Part shown: one piece after another, positions 59,172-64,000 of the stretch
Layout of the letters: every line of letters starts with the position of its first letter
Numbering within the stretch: position 1 is the stretch's first letter
Origin: Rubripirellula sp.
GTDB taxonomy: Bacteria > Planctomycetota > Planctomycetia > Pirellulales > Pirellulaceae
DNA: 64,000 bases
Direction of reading: 5' to 3'
Assembly: GCA_965216875.1 (NCBI GenBank)
Contig: OZ244207.1
Location: forward strand, 736,001-800,000
The notes under the pieces: model-generated
Seen by the model: only the letters and a program-made list of their open reading frames with translations
Told to the model about the DNA's origin: nothing
Databases searched by the model: none
Made by a program: the position numbers and the translations under genes

Positions 59172-60107
59172 ATGGCGAAACTCTCTGATCTGCAGCTTGC
59201 TTCGGTCCTGGAAGAAGTCGCTTGTGCGATTCGTTCCGGCACGCCGATCGTCCAGTCGATGGAACGGTTGTCGGATGGACGTCTCGGCCGCGTCGCGGTT
59301 GCCGCACGTTCGATTGCGGGCGACCTTTCCATGGGAAAATCACTGGGGGATGCCTTTGGGGCGATCGAGTCCCCGCTCGCCGTCGAGGCGGGCAGCGCGG
59401 TTGAGGCTTGTTCGAAAAGCGGCAACAGCGGATTGCTTGATTCGATTGCGAGTCACCTTCGACAGCGCACCGATTACCAGCAAGTCAGCCGGCTCGCGTG
59501 GTTGTATCCGATCGTGCTGATATCGCTTGCCTATTTGATTGCGATCACGGTGTTTGCACCGATCGTAAGGATGCACCAAGGTCGAGATTTTTCTTGGTCT
59601 CCAGCGGTGCTTGCCGTCTCGCAATGGCTGGCAACCAATTGGATGATTCCGCCAATCGTCTTTGCGGTGGTTGTCGTTGTAATGCTGGTGTACTGCTCTC
59701 GAGGCGGCCGACTTCCTCGTTCGGTTCGGATGCGTTTGTTCACGTTGTCGCTAGCTGACCAATTGGCCAATGACATTCCGGAACGCGAAGCCGTTTCGAG
59801 TGCGGCCAAGCTATCGGGCGATACGGAACTGTGCCGCATGGATTCGCCGGGGCTTGATTCGCCGGCGGTCAAGTCGCTGCTGCGGGAAGCCCATTTGGAA
59901 AGTGTAGACGGCGTGGACCAGCAGGCGACGTTGGTTGCGAGACTGAGGTACGTGTCGAGTTTGTATGCCGGCCGGGCTCGGCGCCACAACTACTTGATGT
60001 CGCGATTGATCCCGCGCGTGGCGATGTTCAGCATTGGGGGCAGTTTGATCTTTGTTTACGCCTTCTGGGTGATCGCCCCCGTCTATCAGCAGGTGGCTAA
60101 ATGGTAA
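59172..60107 (+). CDS. GspF/PilC-like inner-membrane platform protein 1
   Basis: SG.PI..S, G.SL.DAF, E..SG, LYP followed by TM, three TMs, PVY C-terminus; operon context. Confidence 0.7.
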   Translation: MAKLSDLQLASVLEEVACAIRSGTPIVQSMERLSDGRLGRVAVAARSIAGDLSMGKSLGDAFGAIESPLAVEAGSAVEACSKSGNSGLLDSIASHLRQRTDYQQVSRLAWLYPIVLISLAYLIAITVFAPIVRMHQGRDFSWSPAVLAVSQWLATNWMIPPIVFAVVVVVMLVYCSRGGRLPRSVRMRLFTLSLADQLANDIPEREAVSSAAKLSGDTELCRMDSPGLDSPAVKSLLREAHLESVDGVDQQATLVARLRYVSSLYAGRARRHNYLMSRLIPRVAMFSIGGSLIFVYAFWVIAPVYQQVAKW

Positions 60108-60889
60108 GCAACGGTCTCGATCCGGTTGCCCAGCGATTAGCAGCCTCGGGCGAGCAAAACAGTTCGATGGTGCTTGAGTGGATTGAGCATCAAGAGCAGC
60201 GCCGTGCGATGAATCGCCAGGCTTCGTGGTGCAGTTTCAGTGGCTGGCTGTTGGTGACGGCTGCGGCGATCGTTAGCAGTTTCGTCGCATTCATGATGGC
60301 TCAAGATGCCCAGGAGCTCTACGACGAGGACTTCATCACTGCCGCGATGCCTTGGTCGGTCTCGTACCTGCCGTTTTTCATGCTGGCCGTCACGATCCTG
60401 TTGCTTGGTGGTGGTTTGGTTGGCTGGCTCTGTGAGATGATTCCTGGACTAAGTTCCTTTCGGTCGGCCAATGATTGGGCATCGGCCGGGGATGCCATGA
60501 ACCGCTTACTTTCAGTGGGGTGTACGTATCCCGAAGCGTTTCGGACGACGGCCAAGGTGATGAAGACACGTGGCAGCAGACGATGGTTTGATCGCGCAGC
60601 GTCGCGCGTTGAGCGAGGGGGTGACGACGTGGTGGTCGCCGACGTGCCGGAAGGTGACTCGACCGTTCTTGAACTGATGATCGAATCATCCGAGTCGGAA
60701 CCGGGCGATCGTTGGTCGGTCGCTGCGTACCATTTTTTTGAGGTCGCACAGAGGCGATTGGCTTTCCTGTTGGGGGCTTCGCCGATTTTGGCAACGATCA
60801 TTGCCGGGCTTTTGGTCTGGCTGTCGATTGCGGCCACACTTGGGTGGATGTGGAAAGCGGTTGCTGACATGGTGGTGGGTTTGCAATGA
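60101..60889 (+). CDS. GspF-like membrane protein 2 (divergent, single cytoplasmic repeat)
   Basis: IPG after TM, LLSVG.TYPEAF, C-terminal SPILATIIAG TM; overlaps neighbouring genes. Confidence 0.6.
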   Translation: MVSNGLDPVAQRLAASGEQNSSMVLEWIEHQEQRRAMNRQASWCSFSGWLLVTAAAIVSSFVAFMMAQDAQELYDEDFITAAMPWSVSYLPFFMLAVTILLLGGGLVGWLCEMIPGLSSFRSANDWASAGDAMNRLLSVGCTYPEAFRTTAKVMKTRGSRRWFDRAASRVERGGDDVVVADVPEGDSTVLELMIESSESEPGDRWSVAAYHFFEVAQRRLAFLLGASPILATIIAGLLVWLSIAATLGWMWKAVADMVVGLQ

Positions 60890-62034
60890 GCGATGCAGCA
60901 AGAACGATCTATGTCACTGTCAAAGTGCTCCTGATCATTTTGGTCGTTGGGTTCTTTGTCTTTATCTCACCGTCGTTGATCGGTCTGTTGATTGGTGCGA
61001 TTACAGTCGTTTCCATTTTCGATGTCACCAAGCGTCGTCGTCGGATTGCTGCGAAAACATTCAATTCAGCCGTTCGAGCGGTTTGTCAACACGAAGGCGC
61101 GGTCGGAAAGTTGGCGGTTGCCTACTCACGTGGTGGTCCGCTCGCCGGACCCTGCTACGAATACGCGCGTCGATTAATGATGGGGGAACATCCCGTCGAC
61201 GCCGCCGCGATTGCCCGCGTGCCGCTTCAGCTTTCGACGGCGGTTGCACTGGAAACATCGGGGGCGGTCGACCCAGCCAAGCTCTCGTCCAAGCCCGCGC
61301 TTTCGGGTGGCGTGGTCGACTTACCATCGAATCGAGATTTCTCGGGCATGCCAGCTTATGCCCAGTTGATGTATCTCGCGCTGACGGCGTGTGCCACCTG
61401 TTTGGTGATGACATTCATGACCGTATTTATCGTGCCGACGTTCGAAGCGATGTTCGACGAATTCGGATTGGACTTGCGGCATTCTGCTCTCCTTTCAGCT
61501 GGCCCAACCTTTTGGCTGATCGGGATCGTCTTGCTGTTGATCATGGGCACGGTCATCGTCGCGAACTCGAGTCTGTTTGGGTTGCGTCGGTTCGCTTCCC
61601 TTCCCATGACCCCTGCTGTGAGCGAACGCAAAGCCGAGCTGCTGCTCGGCCTTGCCGATGCGGTGGAAGCGGGCTGGCCGATTGGACGTGCTCTGGCAAT
61701 TGGACACACGATCGCCTTGCGAACCGATCAGCGGGTCGCAATGGAAATTGCGATGCGAATGATGGAACAGGGGCGAAGTGCTGATGAGGCGTTGTGTCGC
61801 GCGGGCCTCGTCACGGTTAAGGAAGCAACGTGGCTCAAAGGGGCTTCGCCACAACGAACTGCGGAGATTCTGCGAACCATTGCAGAACAGATCGTTCGGG
61901 ATGCCCAAGCGAATGTTCGGTGGCTGATGTCGATTCTGTTTCCTGTCATCGTCGTTGCATTGGGGATGGCTGTCTTGATGTTCGCGTTCGGGTTCTTCGC
62001 AACCTTGATGGAGTTGGTGAATGGTTTGTCATAA
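60886..62034 (+). CDS. GspF/PilC-like membrane protein 3
   Basis: FIVPTFEAMFDEFGLDL, EAG.PI..AL, EQGRS..EAL, LFPVIVVALG. Confidence 0.8.
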   Translation: MSDAARTIYVTVKVLLIILVVGFFVFISPSLIGLLIGAITVVSIFDVTKRRRRIAAKTFNSAVRAVCQHEGAVGKLAVAYSRGGPLAGPCYEYARRLMMGEHPVDAAAIARVPLQLSTAVALETSGAVDPAKLSSKPALSGGVVDLPSNRDFSGMPAYAQLMYLALTACATCLVMTFMTVFIVPTFEAMFDEFGLDLRHSALLSAGPTFWLIGIVLLLIMGTVIVANSSLFGLRRFASLPMTPAVSERKAELLLGLADAVEAGWPIGRALAIGHTIALRTDQRVAMEIAMRMMEQGRSADEALCRAGLVTVKEATWLKGASPQRTAEILRTIAEQIVRDAQANVRWLMSILFPVIVVALGMAVLMFAFGFFATLMELVNGLS

Positions 62035-62482
62035 ACATCATTGCCGACGGCGACGCGGTAGCGTGATTCTGGAGGCGGTCATCTCGGTGGCGATCCTTGC
62101 CACAGCGATGGTGGCCCTGACGAAGCTCGCGCAGATTTCGTCGGCGCTTCACCAAGAATCGGATAGCCGATTGGCTGCAGCGCTCGCCGCCGAAAACGTC
62201 ATGACACGCCTCGATGCGGTTGCGGTTGATCAGCTTTCGGACGAAATCGAAAAGGCCGTTGTCGTGGTGGAAGAGGCAAGCGGTTGCGAGATCACTCCGA
62301 AACTTGTGCCGTTTGAAGTGAATGGACGCAAGGCCGTCCATGTTGAGCTTGAGGTACAAGCCGCCGAAGGGCTGGGCGTGACCATTCACAGGTGGATCGC
62401 GCAAGAGGCAAGTGAATCCTCTGCGAGCGAAACGGGCGAAGACCAGAGCGACCCAGCCGAGGAGGAAAGCGATGAGGCGTAA
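62021..62482 (+). CDS. Minor pseudopilin (GspI/PilV-like)
   Basis: RRRRG|SVILEAVIS class III signal with E5. Confidence 0.75.
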   Translation: MVCHKHHCRRRRGSVILEAVISVAILATAMVALTKLAQISSALHQESDSRLAAALAAENVMTRLDAVAVDQLSDEIEKAVVVVEEASGCEITPKLVPFEVNGRKAVHVELEVQAAEGLGVTIHRWIAQEASESSASETGEDQSDPAEEESDEA

Positions 62483-62939
62483 ACATCGTGGCAATACCTT
62501 GGTCGAACTGCTCGCGACGCTAAGCGTGTTGCTGATGATCGGACTCTCGGCAGCGACTCTGTTGGGGAAAGTGGCCAAGATTGGTCGTGACGCCAATCGT
62601 GATCGGCAGGGCCGTCAGGCGATCGTGAGAATCGCAGAACAGCTCCGTGCTGACACGCAACGGGCAAGCGGCGTGTCATTGGACGACACCTCACTCGTTT
62701 CGATCGATTTGGACGACGGTGATGTCATCTATCGTTGGGACCAAGCTTCACACTCGATCACGCGTCATGAACAAGGTCGCACGGGCGGGGCAGCCGACCA
62801 TCAAGCGGTTGCCCATGACCGTTACCTTCTACCTGAGGGTTGCCAACCGACGGCAACCCAGACCGATGGCATCCTTTCGATCAACTTCGGCAGCCCCAAT
62901 CAGTCGAGTCCTTGGATCGTCGAGGTGAAATCTCCATGA
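62472..62939 (+). CDS. Minor pseudopilin (GspJ-like)
   Basis: MRRKHRG|NTLVELL; GGAGG upstream of ATG 62472. Confidence 0.8.
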   Translation: MRRKHRGNTLVELLATLSVLLMIGLSAATLLGKVAKIGRDANRDRQGRQAIVRIAEQLRADTQRASGVSLDDTSLVSIDLDDGDVIYRWDQASHSITRHEQGRTGGAADHQAVAHDRYLLPEGCQPTATQTDGILSINFGSPNQSSPWIVEVKSP

Positions 62940-63283
62940 GAAAACATCCGGGCAAACCGTCGGGCCGTCGTGGCGCAGCCTTCTTGATGTTGGTCGTTGT
63001 GGTCGTGTTGGTGGTGATCGCCGCAACCAAAACGCTCGTGACCAGCGAAGTGGTCGCTCGCCGTGGCGAAAACACCGCATTGGAAACGAGCGATCTGCTC
63101 GCCGCGATCCAGTTCGCAAAGAGTATCGACCTTTCAAGTGGTCAAGCGATCGAGCTACCGGTCTCGGAAGGTCAATCGGTTTTGATCGAAGAACGCGTCG
63201 AAGTGCAGCGGCAAGATGGAAACTACACCGCGAAGTTGTTTCGCGGTTCAAGCGTCGTGGCCGAAGTGTCGCGAAGTCAATAA
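62936..63283 (+). CDS. Small pseudopilin lacking E5 (GspK/PilX-like N-terminus)
   Basis: RRG|AAFLMLVVVVVLVVI; ATGA overlap with the previous gene. Confidence 0.65.
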   Translation: MRKHPGKPSGRRGAAFLMLVVVVVLVVIAATKTLVTSEVVARRGENTALETSDLLAAIQFAKSIDLSSGQAIELPVSEGQSVLIEERVEVQRQDGNYTAKLFRGSSVVAEVSRSQ

Positions 63284-63362
63284 CGGCAATCGACACAGCA
63301 AAGAAGGCCGTGTTTAGAAACGCAAACGTACAACTCCTTTTCATTGGTAACGAAACGGGTTC

Positions 63363-64000
63363 ATGATGTCTTCCAAGTCACAACGTCGCGCATTCACCTT
63401 GGTTGAGCTACTTGTCGTGATCGCCATCATCGGCGTCTTGATCGGTATGGCCGTGCCAGCGATGCAAAACATGCGTGAGCTGTCACGTCGTAGCACGTGC
63501 CAACAAAACCTGATGCACGTCTCGCTGGCCCTGTCGACCTATTCCTCGCGTTACGGCCACTACCCGGTCGGGTCGATCAACGCCGATGGGCCCATCAAGT
63601 CGGAAGCCAAGGGGTACCATCACAATTGGCTCTCTGGAATCTTGCCGATGATGGATGCGCAAAACGTGTACGACAACATTGACCGCAATGTGAGCGTCTA
63701 CCACAAGAACAATGATCCGGTCCGCCTGTTGCGAATTCCCACATTGCGTTGTCCATCGGGATCGGATGTGCATGAGTACACAACGGCCTATGCGGGAATC
63801 ACTTCCTCGAAAGAAACGCCGATCGATGCGGGGAACGACGGTGTCTTTGTTCTTAATCGAGCGGTCAGCGATTCGGATATCAAAGACGGACTTGGCTACA
63901 CCGTCTTTGTGGGTGAGCATCTGACAGCCTTCACCGAAGAACTGGGCTGGATCAGCGGCACTCGCTCGAGTTTGCGAAGTGCGGGGCACGCGATCAACGC
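63363..64000 (+). CDS. DUF1559 prepilin-type protein (3' end beyond the window)
   Basis: Manual translation: MMSSKSQRRA|FTLVELLVVIAIIGVLIGMAVPAMQNMRELSRRSTCQQNL..HNWLSGILP..LRCPS..DIKDGLGYTVFVGE. Not in the ORF track because it has no stop. Confidence 0.92.
   Translation, partial: MMSSKSQRRAFTLVELLVVIAIIGVLIGMAVPAMQNMRELSRRSTCQQNLMHVSLALSTYSSRYGHYPVGSINADGPIKSEAKGYHHNWLSGILPMMDAQNVYDNIDRNVSVYHKNNDPVRLLRIPTLRCPSGSDVHEYTTAYAGITSSKETPIDAGNDGVFVLNRAVSDSDIKDGLGYTVFVGEHLTAFTEELGWISGTRSSLRSAGHAIN

Noticed and set aside
63483..63989. 168-aa minus-strand ORF
   Set aside because: Antisense to the DUF1559 gene.

Overview
Planctomycete (Pirellulaceae/Rhodopirellula-like) chromosomal window, judged from Planc_extracel-type 'LEPRMLLA' leaders, an 'SLRTMF' N-terminal motif, a DUF1559 prepilin and multiple sulfatases. 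It is dominated by two tandem paralogous giant surface proteins (3468 and ~3880 aa; DUF5122/delta-60 propellers, 8 Calx-beta, GEVED, PKD-like repeats, dockerin-like C-terminus). These are flanked by a divergent putative outer-membrane barrel gene and a convergent MacB-type permease plus EF-hand-bearing membrane fusion protein with no adjacent ATPase. Also present: a Zn-ribbon/WD40 Ser/Thr kinase (missing from the ORF track because it runs off the left edge), two LRR proteins, beta-carbonic anhydrase, HDOD protein, two sulfatases, a propeller/di-haem cytochrome c, S46 peptidase, GT9, an orphan FixJ-type regulator, and a T2SS/T4P-like operon with three GspF-like genes. Intergenic DNA carries about seven distinct REP-like palindrome families, often locally duplicated together with flanking sequence, and a purine-rich 27-bp doublet array. 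No rRNA, tRNA, CRISPR array, transposase or RAYT gene was recognised. All calls come from reading motifs by eye; no database search was run.
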